This document shows, in pieces, positions 40,992 through 52,687 of a DNA stretch of 64,000 nt. Numbering within the stretch: the stretch's first letter is position 1; every line of letters begins with the position of its first letter. This stretch comes from Eledone cirrhosa. Taxonomy: Eukaryota. The translations under genes were made by a program, and so were the position numbers. The notes below the pieces were generated by a model, which did no database searches, had not been told where the DNA came from, and saw only the letters and a list, made by a program, of their open reading frames with translations. The DNA is taken from NCBI GenBank assembly GCA_964016885.1, contig OZ024741.1:62682001-62746000 (forward strand), in the 5' to 3' direction.

Positions 40992-43900
40992 CTAGCCGTA
41001 ATCAGCTAAATCAACAAAATGCTGGGAAGAGAGCACTTCCCTCTCTACCCTGATTTTCCTTTTCAAATGAAATTTGAAAAAGTTAATCAGGGCATCACCG
41101 AAGAGGTAAGTGCTCATCTTCAGTCTTTCAAACGCGCCCACCACACTATCTCTTTCGCCATGGCCACCAGACAGATAAAAACTGCCTGCCATTCCCGGCT
41201 AAAGGAAGAGGGCGGGGCAATCCTCACGATCGACTTAGTTGATAGCCAGATCCGTCCTACACGCGACAGCTGGTTTTCGATATAAACCCACAAGTTAGCA
41301 ATGCTCCGACACTGGATGAGTGCGTGCAGGATGGTTTCGTCGCCCTGCGCGCATCTCAGACATGCCCGGCTGACGGCATTTCCATGCCTGTAGAGTTTAG
41401 TCCCAACTGGCAAAGCTCCTCGGTAGCACTTCCAGGCCAGGGATTTCTGGAAGTTGTCCATAGGCCCCGGCCTGAAAGTTCTGCCGAAAAGATTGGCTAG
41501 TTGATTTTCGTCGACGCCCAGAGTTTCCCCAAGTTCGTCGTCGCTCTTCCCCTCCACTAATCCTCTATAGAACGCCAAGGTGGAGTTTCCATCGATCGCA
41601 TTGCCTGACTAGTCGAGGCCTGTGAGCGCCTGAAGACATTCCAGTCTCCAAGCGCTCCCACTCGGTCTTCGCTCCATCAAGGAGACGAGCTGGGGAAATG
41701 CCCGTCTAGAAAACGGCGACCACACCTGATCACCGTCGAGGAAGAGGTGGAGATGTCGAAGCCTGAGTGCGTGTCTGCGTATCATTAGCCACGGCATGCC
41801 CTGCCCTCCACGTAGCGCGTGTTGACAGCAGATGGACCGCCTGACCATCGGAGCGCGTCCCTTTCACAAAATGCGAAAGAGCAAACGTTCCAGCGCAGTC
41901 AGGCGTCGCTTAGGACAAGGCACGAAGGTCAGGCGGTAGTTGGGGACGGACGCGATGTGCGCATTCGCCACCTCCGCTCGATCTTTCAGAGATAGTTCCC
42001 TCGCTGCCCATTTCTGGGTGAGAGAAGCCACCCTCCTCGTCACATCGCCCCAGTTTTTGTCCGCCTGGAGGTCCGTACCGAACCAGACCCCGAGCAATTT
42101 AACCGGTCCGTCCGTCCAGCGCCCGACCACGATGTTGGACGGCATGGACTTTCATCTCCAGGTTCCGAGCTGCAGGCCCACCGACTTTTCCTGGTTGATC
42201 ATTGCTCCTGTCACCGGCTCGTATTCTTTTAATGTAGTGCTGATCGGCTCGATGTGTTTGGCGTTCGACACCACTACGGTGACATCGTCCGCATATGCTG
42301 ACACGGATCTTCCGCATCCTAGTTCGTGCGGGACCCCCCTCAACGTCTCCAGTTTGTGTAGTAATGGCTCGAGAGTCAATACATACAACAGGAACGAGAT
42401 GGGACATCCTTGGCGGACCGAGTGCATGGAGTTGAACGGTTCCGAAAGGTGACCGTTCACTCTCACCACAGAGCAGATGTCGCTGTGCATGGCAGCGATC
42501 CAGCCCCTGAAGACGGGCCCAAAGCCAGCCGCCCTCAGGACTGCCGCCAGATAAAGATGGTTGACCCCATCGACTGATCTAAATTGATCAAGGACCCACC
42601 CGTGCCAGGTTCCCTAGCTACCCTCTCCACGATGTATCGCATGATGAGGAGGTTGTCTTGGATGGATCTGTCTGGGATGGCGCATGTCTGCGCCTCTCCC
42701 ACCAGACCACCAACGACAAGCACCAACCTCTTTGCTAGCACCTTGGCCAAAATCTTGAACTCTGTGTTTAGCAGATTTATGGGCCTGAAATACCCCTTGT
42801 TTTGATCCTTTCTCAGCAGCGCCATCGCTCCTCGGCTCACACGTACGGGAATTATCCCGTTCTGTTGCCAGTTGCACTAGACGTCCGCCAAGAGGCCTCG
42901 GAACAAGTCTAGAATCTGTACGTAAAGTTCGTAGGGCAGACCATCCAAACGAGGCGATTTACCCCTTGTGCAGTCAGTCATTGCCTCCTGTACTTCAGCG
43001 GCTGTTATCGACTTTTCTCAGTGGCCGAGAGCCGCGGCAGTCCGTCAAGGTAAGCAATAAAGTCCATCCCGTGACCCGGCTCGCCGCTGCCCCCGAACAA
43101 CTGAGCGAAATGTCAATGAAAAGCTTCTAACAATTGCCCGGGATCGAGTAGCATGCGTCCGTCGTGGTCTACCAGAGACCGGATCGTGGCCTTCATGCCA
43201 CGGTGCGCCTCCGCCACTCTGGCCCATTGAACGGCTTTTGTCCCCGCAGCCTTTGTGTTTGCATTGAAGAACTGGTCGAGGGCCAATATCGCCGCAAGCA
43301 CGTCGGTCGCGATGCCTCTACTAAGCGTCTCGTCTAATTTTCTACCTAGATCTTCCTCTGCTCTATTTTTCTCTATTGCTAAAAGCCTACTAAACCTAAT
43401 GGACTTTATTCTAATCGCTCTTTTCAGAGCAAACCACAATTTGTTGTTGACGATGGCCCCCGTCAACGCCCGCTTAACAAGTTCGCTAATTCAGTCTCTG
43501 TGCGCCTTGCGCGCTGTTAACGACGCGTTTAACTTCCAGTTGCCGGGTCCCTGTCTATGAAGCCTATCTAAGTCAACCACACAGATCACGAATTTGTGGT
43601 CCGTGTAGTCGACTATCTTGAAATGTGGACAGCCTATGCTAGACATATCTATTTCCCTACAAAATACCCTATCTAGATATGATCTGGATGACCCGATGCG
43701 GTTTGTCGATGTGCACATTGACACATTCGGGAAATCCATACGGTACCTGTTAGACAGTTGAAAACCACTGAGTAGGTTTGCGTGGCTTTTACACCCTCCT
43801 CCCCTATCCGCTAATCCCATACGATCCCAGCGTGCATCTAAGATCCCGTTCCAGTCGCCCTCTAACACTAAAGAACGGGACGTTCCAAGAAAGGTGTCCA

Positions 43901-44273
43901 GACGCCAGAAGAAATCAGGCCGTCCTGCTCCTGTCGGGGCATAGACGGCTACTAGCCTGAAAGCTTGCCCGTCTCCGCTGGTCGCATCTAGCACCACCAA
44001 CTTACCTTCTGGATCCAGGAAGATGGCCCGTACGGCGAGATCCAAGCCTCTCCGAAAAACACAGAAACTCCTACCTCCGATTCTGGACGGCTGGGAGATG
44101 CGTACACATCGAGCCGCAGAAGATCGGTGCGAAAGCTCGTTCTTCGCAGATTCTTGTCTCGCTGATGCCCACTACATCTATGTTTAGTGACCTGAGGTCG
44201 TTGAGCAGGTACCCTGCTTCCATGACGACCCCAGGCCACGCGCATCTATGCTGCCTATTCTGAGTAAGGTCAT
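40992..44273 (-). pseudogene. Tx1 ORF2 (APE endonuclease, RT, C-terminal zinc-binding region), multiply disrupted
   Basis: MTLLRIGS.DARGL...ISET, VYAP, GDWN, LDR, TDH; FRPINLLN.EFKILAKVLAKR; VRQGCPIS..LY; AYADD; LLGVWF; WKCYRGALP...CLRC..DETILHALIQC. Confidence 0.9.
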
Positions 44274-44319
44274 GTTGAAAAGGAGTGGAATAAGATGGGA
44301 AAGACCACTTACCTCACTT

Positions 44320-46722
44320 CTTGTGGAGGAAGGATAATTTTTCCGTCCTTCTCACTCTTCGTGGCCCCCTCCGGAAGGATGTCTTTATATATCTTCCTGG
44401 AAAGTGTTTGTCGGAAGTCTCCGATGTCCTTGGGAAATTTTAATTTTAGTATCGTGTATGTTTTTTGTGTGATGCGAGTGATTTGTATGTGTGGAGGTGA
44501 TGTGAATTTTGGGCGGTGCTGTATCGTCTTTTTCTGTGATGCTGGTGTTTTGTTGGATGTATTGTAATAATTGGTTGTTGTTCAAATTTAATTGTTTCTA
44601 CTTTAGGCACAAGGCCAGCAAGTACCCAGTGCATTACTGGTACTTTATTTTATCGACCCCGTAAGGATGAAAGGCAAAGTCAACCTCGGATGAAAGGCAA
44701 AGTCAACTTCCCTTGAACTCAGATCGTATAGGGACGTAACTATGCTGGTTGTTGTTCAAATTTAATTGTTTCTACTTTAGGCACAAGGCCAGCAATTATC
44801 CAGTACATTACTGGTACTTTATTTTATCGACCCCGTAAGGATGAAAGGCAAAGTTAACCTCGGCGGATATTGAACTCAGACCGTAAAGAGACGTAACTAT
44901 GCTAGAAAGCATGGTGTCCAACCCTTCCCGATACTGCCAATTCACCGGTTGTTGTTCAAATTTAATGCTGTGTAGTGTGTATCGTTTTGGTTACTTTGTT
45001 TTGTTTTCATTTGTTGTGTGTTTGTTTCTGTTTCGCTTGTTGGTGATTTTTGTGGTGTTGGTCATGGTGGTGTTGGAGTTAATGATGTTGATGGTGTTGG
45101 TGTTTGTGGTGATGTTTGTGTGGGTGGTGACATAGCTATCTTAACTTTTTTGTTAATTTGTTTGTTTGTTTCGCCCTGCATTTTGTTTTTGGAGGGCGAA
45201 GGAAGGGGATTTTTTTCTTTTGGGTTTCTTTTTCTTTTTTTCTTTTTCCTGATACAGTTTCCCACTTTTCCTCATCGTCACAATCTGTTTCCAGTTGTGG
45301 AAAATCCTCCACAGGCGTTGGTTTTGGTTGTGGCGTGGTGGATGGTGGAGGCGCCGGTGCTAATATCGCGCGGTGGGTGGTGGTGGTGTTGGTTTTGCTA
45401 CTGTTGCTGCTACAGTTGCTGCTGTTGTTGCTGCTACAGTTGCTGCTGTTGTTGCTGCTACAGTTGCTTCTGTTGTTGCTGCTACAGTTGTTGCTGCCAT
45501 TTTTGCTGCTGGTTTTGATGGTTGAGTCACTGGGGTGGGCATGAGAGGTGGCCTCATCTTTTTAGCCTGAATGCAGAAAGCCTTTATGTGGGTTTCTTCG
45601 CCACAAACAACACACCTAAGCCTTCTACCCTCAACGATTAGTGTGAGGTGGCTGCCCCCATAGAGGTGTATCACCTCTTGAATTTCCTGTATGTTGTTTT
45701 GGTCTTCTTGGATCAGGAGCTCCATCCCAGATCAGGACCAGTTCTCCTGCTTTACTTTTATCACCTCAATTACTTTTGTGTTGGCCTCGATGTGGGCGAG
45801 GACGGCAGCCATTAGCCAGGAAATTTCAATGGCCGGCGGAACCTGGGTCACCCTGATCCTTACCAGCCACTGAGTACAATAGTTAGGGACGAGTGTGAAC
45901 TCGTCAATTTTTAATAGGGCCATGGAGTGCGCTCTGGCTTCCTGTGGGCTTGCAAAGAATACGTCCACGGTTCCATATTTTTGCCCACGTCTGATGTGGG
46001 TTTTTTTCGCCTACACATGTCCCAAAGCTTTTTGTATGTGGGACTCGGATGCCCGTTCCACTCGGCGTGTTATAATATTTATTGTGCGATATGATACGGT
46101 ACATAGGCGCCGATGGCCCATGGTATTAGATGGGGGTGTGGGGTGTGTGTGTGTGTATGTGTGTGGGGGGCTGACCTTGTAACCATATTTTTTTACCATT
46201 CGCTTGGCTTCATTCAATTCTTCGTGGCTTACCTCAACCGTTTCATTTTTGTTTGCCGCTTTAGCAAACGACACATTTGGTTTTGCGCTGGTGTTGATGT
46301 TGTTGTTATTCTTATTGTTGCTGTTGTTGCTGTTGTTGTTATTGTTATTTTTGTTATTATTATTTTTAGTTTCAGTTGTGGTGGTGGTGGTGGTGGTGGT
46401 GGTATCAGTGGCGTTCGGCGTGGAAGAGTCGATTTTTGGGAGAATCCATTTCGATAGCAGGAGATAATCATTTATTTTTTGTTTCAGTAGTTGCTGTGGT
46501 GGTGGGGATGGTGGCTTTAACACCTGTAGGCATTGGTAATGGCGGGAAATCCATGTCTGCACGTGACAAATCTAAATAATTGCCACTACTATTACTTATA
46601 TTTTCAGTGTTGGCAACCGTAGCAAGGTTTACAATGGTGGTGGTGGTGGGAGATGTTAGTCTGTTAGAAACGCTGTCAGCAGATTTGGGTGGCTGAATGG
46701 CGTCCATGTTTTTTTTCTTCAA
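44320..46722 (-). pseudogene. Tx1 ORF1 (gag-like, CCHC zinc knuckle), disrupted
   Basis: Fragments DFPPLP, SFAKAA, VRIRVTQVPP, VEGRRLRCVVCGEETHIKAFC, low-complexity tracts; interrupted by two SINEs. 3' end approximate. Confidence 0.7.
44593..44946 (-). mobile_element. Two tandem Deu/Nin-domain SINEs sharing one triplicated target sequence
   Basis: GGTTGTTGTTCAAATTTAAT at 44573-44592, 44747-44766 and 44947-44966 separates two SINE copies. Confidence 0.9.
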
Positions 46723-46921
46723 ATAAATTTTCGTTTGATAAAATAAAGTTTAAATTTTGGGCTCAAGGCCCCAATATTATTGAGTGTCCATTTCAGAAAG
46801 CAATATATATGAACTGTTAAATACTTAATAACAACATTTTCCATAACTGGCAATTTGAAACAACTGAAAACAACAAAGCTTTGTGGAGCTCACGATAATA
46901 CGATTTCCTACGTAGGTCGCC

Positions 46922-46955
<34 letters not shown>

Positions 46956-47569
46956 TGAATAACAAGGACGCCCATAACGAAGCTCCCCACAAGATTTGAA
47001 ATAAATCGAACACCATCGACAAAACAATAATAAAAACACTAAGAAAACGAAGTGGAAACATAATGGACGAATACCAAAGAAACCTACAAAAAATAAATGT
47101 TGTACATGGATCGTCCTTATAACATAATGTTCTTCATTAAAATAACGGACCACATGTGTAAATAAAGAAACTGAATATCAGCCGCACCACTACTCAGAAT
47201 TTTAAATCAAAACAAAAAGAAAAACGATATATGTAAGCAACAAACTTTATTGATTATATTACACATACATGTATTATAAACAACGAAAAATGTACACAAA
47301 ACAAACATGCAGATATACAGACGTTCGCTCTTTGAACTTAAAGAAAAAAACTATTTGAAGAAGAGAAACAGTCTTAGACCGGATGACACACGTGCCCATT
47401 TAGAGGAGTAAGTTTTGTTTAATATGGTATTCCCTAACACGAAAATTCGACAAATTATTTCACCACTTATCTCTTCAAATAATCTGACACTAGTTGTGAG
47501 AACTGCATAAATATTTTTATATATTTACCCATTACAATCGCTGTTTACATATTATTATTTGAAGTGGAT

Positions 47570-47686
47570 TCTGAGTTCAAATCCCGCCGAGGTTGACTCT
47601 ACCTTTCATCCTTACGGGGTCGATAAAATAAAGTACCAGTAATGCACTGAGATAATTGCTGGCCTTGTGCCAAAAGTAGAAACAAT
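47570..47686 (+). mobile_element. 5'-truncated Deu/Nin-domain SINE
   Basis: GAGTTCAAATCCCGCCGAGG...AGTAGAAACAATT; ATTATTTGAAG occurs on both sides. Confidence 0.85.
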
Positions 47687-48672
47687 TATTTGAAGAAAAG
47701 AAACAGACATAGACCGAAAACACACTGTTTATTTCGGGGGATACGTTCTGTTTAATCAAATATCTGACTAATTATTATGCATTCATCTCTGTGGCTGAAG
47801 ATGTGAAATGTGCATATATATTTTTAAATATTTCCCCAATACAATTCTCTTTTTATTACATTTCGGTCGATTGTGACTAAATTTCAGATTTTGAAAGGAA
47901 AATGGACACTTGAAAGATCACTTCTCTCTCTCAACACCACATTCACACCAGTAAACCCCCATTTTTTTAGACTACTGTCACTGACTGCTACCTACCTCCC
48001 TTCTCAGTGTCTAATGTGTGGGTATATATATATATGTATGTATATACATACGTGTGTATAAGTATGCACGTGTGAATGTATATTTATGTATGTGTATGGA
48101 GCCCACACAAAGGAAAAAACAAAGGGGAAGAAAAAAGAATACTAGCACCCCCCACCATTTACACCTCAAACTCAAAATAGACAGAAAATAACACTGGAGT
48201 AGCAACCCCTATAAGCTACAATGTCACCCTATCCACCACTACTCCCAGCACCCCCACCCCCAGCATTAATCTCCCTGACACCACCACCAACACCACTCAC
48301 ACCACAAGAACTGTTGAGAAAATTCTCGTACACCTCTTACAGCTGCAACCATAACAATATCATCTCAATCAACAAAAGCAATGACCATAACTATACTGTT
48401 ATAATAGTAATAATGATCTCAGTGCCAGCCAGCAAATGCACTACCCAAAGAGCCGGGCAACTTTCCATGTACGTCCAATACCATGCGTAACGCAAGCATG
48501 TACTGCGAGATGAACAAATAAAATGCACAATACCAAATCGCTTTTCCTATGGTTAATCAGGATGCGCGTCCCTCAGGAAGATGCCAAGCTGAGATCGAAA
48601 AGTCCTTCTCTGCATCTGCTAGAGTAATTGAAACAAGTTGTTTACCACCAAAAAAAAAAAAAAAGAAAAAAA

Positions 48673-51638
48673 GTCGACCCTTCGAGGTAAATCAATTTGG
48701 AGGAGTAGAATCAAAAAGGAGATTGACGTAATGAGAGGAGAAATATCTTTATTGAGTGAGTTAACCGCTGGAAATGATATAAGATCCAAGAAGGTAAGAA
48801 AGCGAAAGACAAAATATGGACTGTCTTCTAGAGAAGCAATAGTTTCAACAAAAGAATCTCTGAAACAAAAAGTCCAAGTAAAAGCCCAACGAATTCGTAG
48901 ATTCGAGAAGCGAAACAACTTCTATAGGCAAAATAAGTTGTTCTCATCCAATGCCAAGTCATTTTATAGAGAAGTAGGGAAGGAAAAAATAATTATTGAT
49001 GACCATAGAAATTGAAAACTCTGGAGTAAGATTTGGAGTGATGAGAAGACATAATACTAATGTAGATTGGATTAGTCGCCTTGAAAAAATCCTACACAAA
49101 TTTAGAAGAACAGGCGTGGGAAGACATCTCTATAACGGACTTAAGGACAGCACTGAATAAATCTCATAAATGGAAATCTCCTGGTAGAGACAGGGTGCCA
49201 AATTTCTGGTTTTCCTCACTCCCGTGCACTCACAATATATTGGTCAAGCTGTCTAATGAGATTATGAAAGATCCAAAAATTACAGCTGATTGGATAGTAA
49301 GTGGCATTAATTACCTTCTACCAAAGAACAACGAAACCAAAGATCAAAAAAACTATCGGCCCATAACCTGCTTGTCCACCACTTATAAACTATTAACCTC
49401 TATTCTCATGGAAAAAGCATACGTGTTTTTGGAGGAGAACAATCTTTTCCCCATTGAACAAAAAGGATGCCGACGAGGTTCATATGGTTGCAAAGATCAA
49501 CTTTTGATTAATCGTATGATCCTTGAGAGCTGTCATAATAAACACAGAAATCTCAGTTCTGCATCGATCGATTATAAAAAAGCATTTGACAGCATACCAC
49601 ACTCATGGATTCTGAAATCACTAGACATCTTCAAAATCTCATCTGTGATCTCAAACTTCCCGAAGCACAATATGTCATTATGGAACACAAATCTCCAATT
49701 GTCTCATTCCACTGGGGTACTGTGCTCTAGGAATATTCACATCAACTGTGGTATATTCCAGGGTGACTCACTTTCACCCTTGCTTTTCTGCATAGCTTTA
49801 ATACCCCTTACATCGGAGCTTAATAGAACAGGGTACGGTTATAAAATCGACAATAAAAAAATTAGCCACCTATTTTATATGGATGATTTGAAGTTATATT
49901 GCAAAGATAATGACGAACTGGAAGGCCTTTTGCGGACAGTAAAAACGTTTAGCGATGTCATCAGGATGGAGTTTGGACTTGACAAGTGTGCAAAAGCCAC
50001 TTTCAAGAAGGGGAAGCTTGTCAACTCAGACTCAGTTGAACTGGATGCTGAAACAATCATAAAGGAACTTGAGCAGGAACAAACCTATAAATACTTAGGG
50101 ATTAATGAGGGCTCTGGCATACAGCATGCAAGTATGAAAGAGAGGATACGGAAAGAATGATACAGGAGAGTACGTGCAGTTCTGAGATCAGAACTAAACG
50201 CTCGTAACAAGGTGCTAGCCATAAATTCCTTGGCAGTCCCAGTTGTCACTTATAGCTTCGGTGTGTTGAACTGGAATATGTGTGAAATCAAAAGAATTGA
50301 TACCAAAGTCCGTAAGCTACTGACCTGTAATAGGATGCACCACCCAAAAGCAGATGTGGATCGTCTTTACCTTCCTAGAACTCAGGGAGGCCGTGGCCTG
50401 ATCCAATTTGAACTTGCTTACAAGACCACCATCATTGGACTGGCCAAATACCTTGAAACAACTAACGACTGTATGCTGAAACTTGTTGAAAGGCATGAGA
50501 GAAGTAAGAAACTTCATTCTATCTTGAAAGAGAGCAAAAAATATGCTACTGATCTCATGCTTGATACTCAGGCTGGACAGACTAAAGAAACTGCTGCAAC
50601 TGATGCTGCTAGGCACATAAAATCACTGGCAAAAGCAAAAGGGCAAGGACAATTAGCATCAAACTGGGAGCAGTAACCTCTGCATGGCAAATATGTGGCC
50701 CGTAGCAAAGAAGCTGATGTTGACCAAAAGCACACCCATCAGTGACTACGTAGTTCAGGGCTAAAGGCGGAGAGTGAAGGCTTCATCTTAGCTGCCCAAG
50801 GTCAAAGCTTATTGACTCGTAATTACCAGGCCAATGTGATGGGAAATGGAATAAACCTAAAGTGCCATTTCTGCAATGCTGGGTTTGAAACAGTGGATCA
50901 CTTAGTCTCTGGATGTAAATTTTTAGCACCAGTAGAATACAAATATAGACATGACAGAGTTGGCCAATATCTACACTGGGTAATATGTCGGCATTACAAA
51001 ATCAAAGCTGAAGACAAGTGGTACAACCATCACCCTGAGGCTGTAACTGAAGGAGAAGTAAAAATTCTCTGGGACTTTCCTGTACATACTGACAGGATCA
51101 TAAAAGCAAACAGACCTGACATCATTATAAAAGATCAACATAACAAGGTCTGTTTGTTGATAGATATGAGCATCCCATGTGATCACAACATAACGGCAGA
51201 AGAGTTTGACAAGCTAGGAAAATATAAAGTTCTGCTTATTGAAATTGAGAAAATGTGGCACCTCAAGGCCGTTACAATACCAGTGATTGTGGGAGAAATG
51301 GGTATGATCAGGAAAGGAACAGAACAATATTTGCGAATGATTCCTGGTTAGCCCTCTCTGCACGAGGTGCAAAAAATTGTTTTGACTGGTTCTGCACACG
51401 TATTGAGAAGAGCACTATCTCTGTAAGATTAATATCCCTTCTTGTATTTGCATATGCATATGCACATGTGTATATAAGTGTACTGTTTTTTTTTTGTTTT
51501 GTTTTTTAAATTATAATCAATGTGCTGTATTAACTAGCTTACCAATGTACACTGTGAATTTATTTGCCCTAGGTGTCGGGAACATTCGGCATATATCTCA
51601 GAAACAATAATTTAAAAAAATAAAAACAATAATAATAA
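48673..51638 (+). mobile_element. R4/Dong-clade non-LTR retrotransposon with restriction-like endonuclease, 5'-truncated and disrupted
   Basis: QNKLF..NAKSFYR; WKSPG.D; YRPITCL; GIFQGDSLSP; HLFYMDD; CHFC...ETVDHLVSGC; RHD; RPDIII...IDMSIP...KY. ORF ends at 51426; AAT-rich tail. Confidence 0.9.
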
Positions 51639-51639
51639 T

Positions 51640-51710
51640 TGTTTCTACGTTTGGCACAAGGCCAGCAATTACTCAGTGCATTACTGGTACTTTATTTTAT
51701 CGACCCCGTA
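51640..51710 (-). mobile_element. SINE 3' fragment
   Basis: TGTTTCTAC...GGCACAAGGCCAGCAATT...ATCGACCCCGTA. Confidence 0.8.
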
Positions 51711-52267
51711 CACTACATTAGTAGTGACTGTACCTCACATTACCTATTAATGTCCCTGATTTTTTTTTCTGGATGGTTTGCCATTATCAGTTTTTCGATT
51801 ATTTTAATTCCCCGCAAGATATTCTGTTGTAACGTGTTTACCCTTGCTAATGTTAACAATTGTTTACATCGTTGTTATTGTTGAAATTCATATATTTACA
51901 CATATGGCTGTCGGTAACAAGTAAAATTCATTATTTTCTCAAAGAACTTTGGAAAGATTTTATTGTTTCATACACATTGTTTTCTTTAATCGTGTACAAC
52001 TTTTAATTCAAAAAGTTCCCAAGACAGAAGGAGCTAGTTTCCAATCATTCTAATCTGCAGTTATGTATGTATGCATGTATTATGTACGTATGTATACATG
52101 TATGTATGTATGTATAAAAAAAAAAAATTAAAAAAAACTCAAAATAACAAAACACACACACACACGCACACAACACAACAACAACATCAACTGCCACCAC
52201 CACCACTACCGCCGCCGCCATCACCATCACCAGCGACCGGGCCTTAAGAAAACAACTTTAATAATAA

Positions 52268-52415
52268 TTTTTCTGCTTTTGGCACGGATCCAGCGACTGG
52301 CCCAGCGCATCACTGGTACTCTCTTTTGTTGACTCCGTGGGGATGAAAGGCAAGGTTGACCTCGGCGGGATTTGGGCTCAGAGCGTGGAGATCCGTGACA
52401 CTATGCTGTAAAGCA
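52268..52415 (-). mobile_element. Diverged Deu/Nin-domain SINE
   Basis: GGATGAAAGGCAAGGTTGACCTCGGCGGGATTTG core. Confidence 0.75.
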
Positions 52416-52518
52416 ATTATAATAATACTGGACTGTAGTACGATCGGCTTCAACTATACAAACTCTTGAAAGTCAACAGTTGACATAATCTTATAATCTT
52501 GTATCAGTAATGACGGTA

Positions 52519-52560
<42 letters not shown>

Positions 52561-52687
52561 AAGTGAATAGTGTAGCGTGTGTGTGTTTGTTTGTGTGTAT
52601 GAGTGTTGCTGTGTGCGCGCATATGTATGCGCGTGTGTGTATGTCGTACGTATAAGTATCAATAAGTGATTTTTTTTTTTTTTTTTT

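Larger units (their letters stand above)
40992..46730 (-). mobile_element. Tx1/L1-clade non-LTR retrotransposon (ORF1 + ORF2), degenerate
   Basis: ORF1 with a CCHC knuckle. ORF2 with APE, RT and a C-terminal CxxC...ETxxHxxxxC motif. Boundaries approximate. Confidence 0.88.

Noticed and set aside
40928-40995. TTAACCCTTTAGC start resembling a piggyBac-type MITE end
   Set aside because: No matching opposite terminus found in the window.
51595-51660. R4 3' end and SINE 3' end both contain AGAAACAAT (possible LINE-SINE partnership)
   Set aside because: Only 9 nt in AT-rich sequence; upstream tails do not align.
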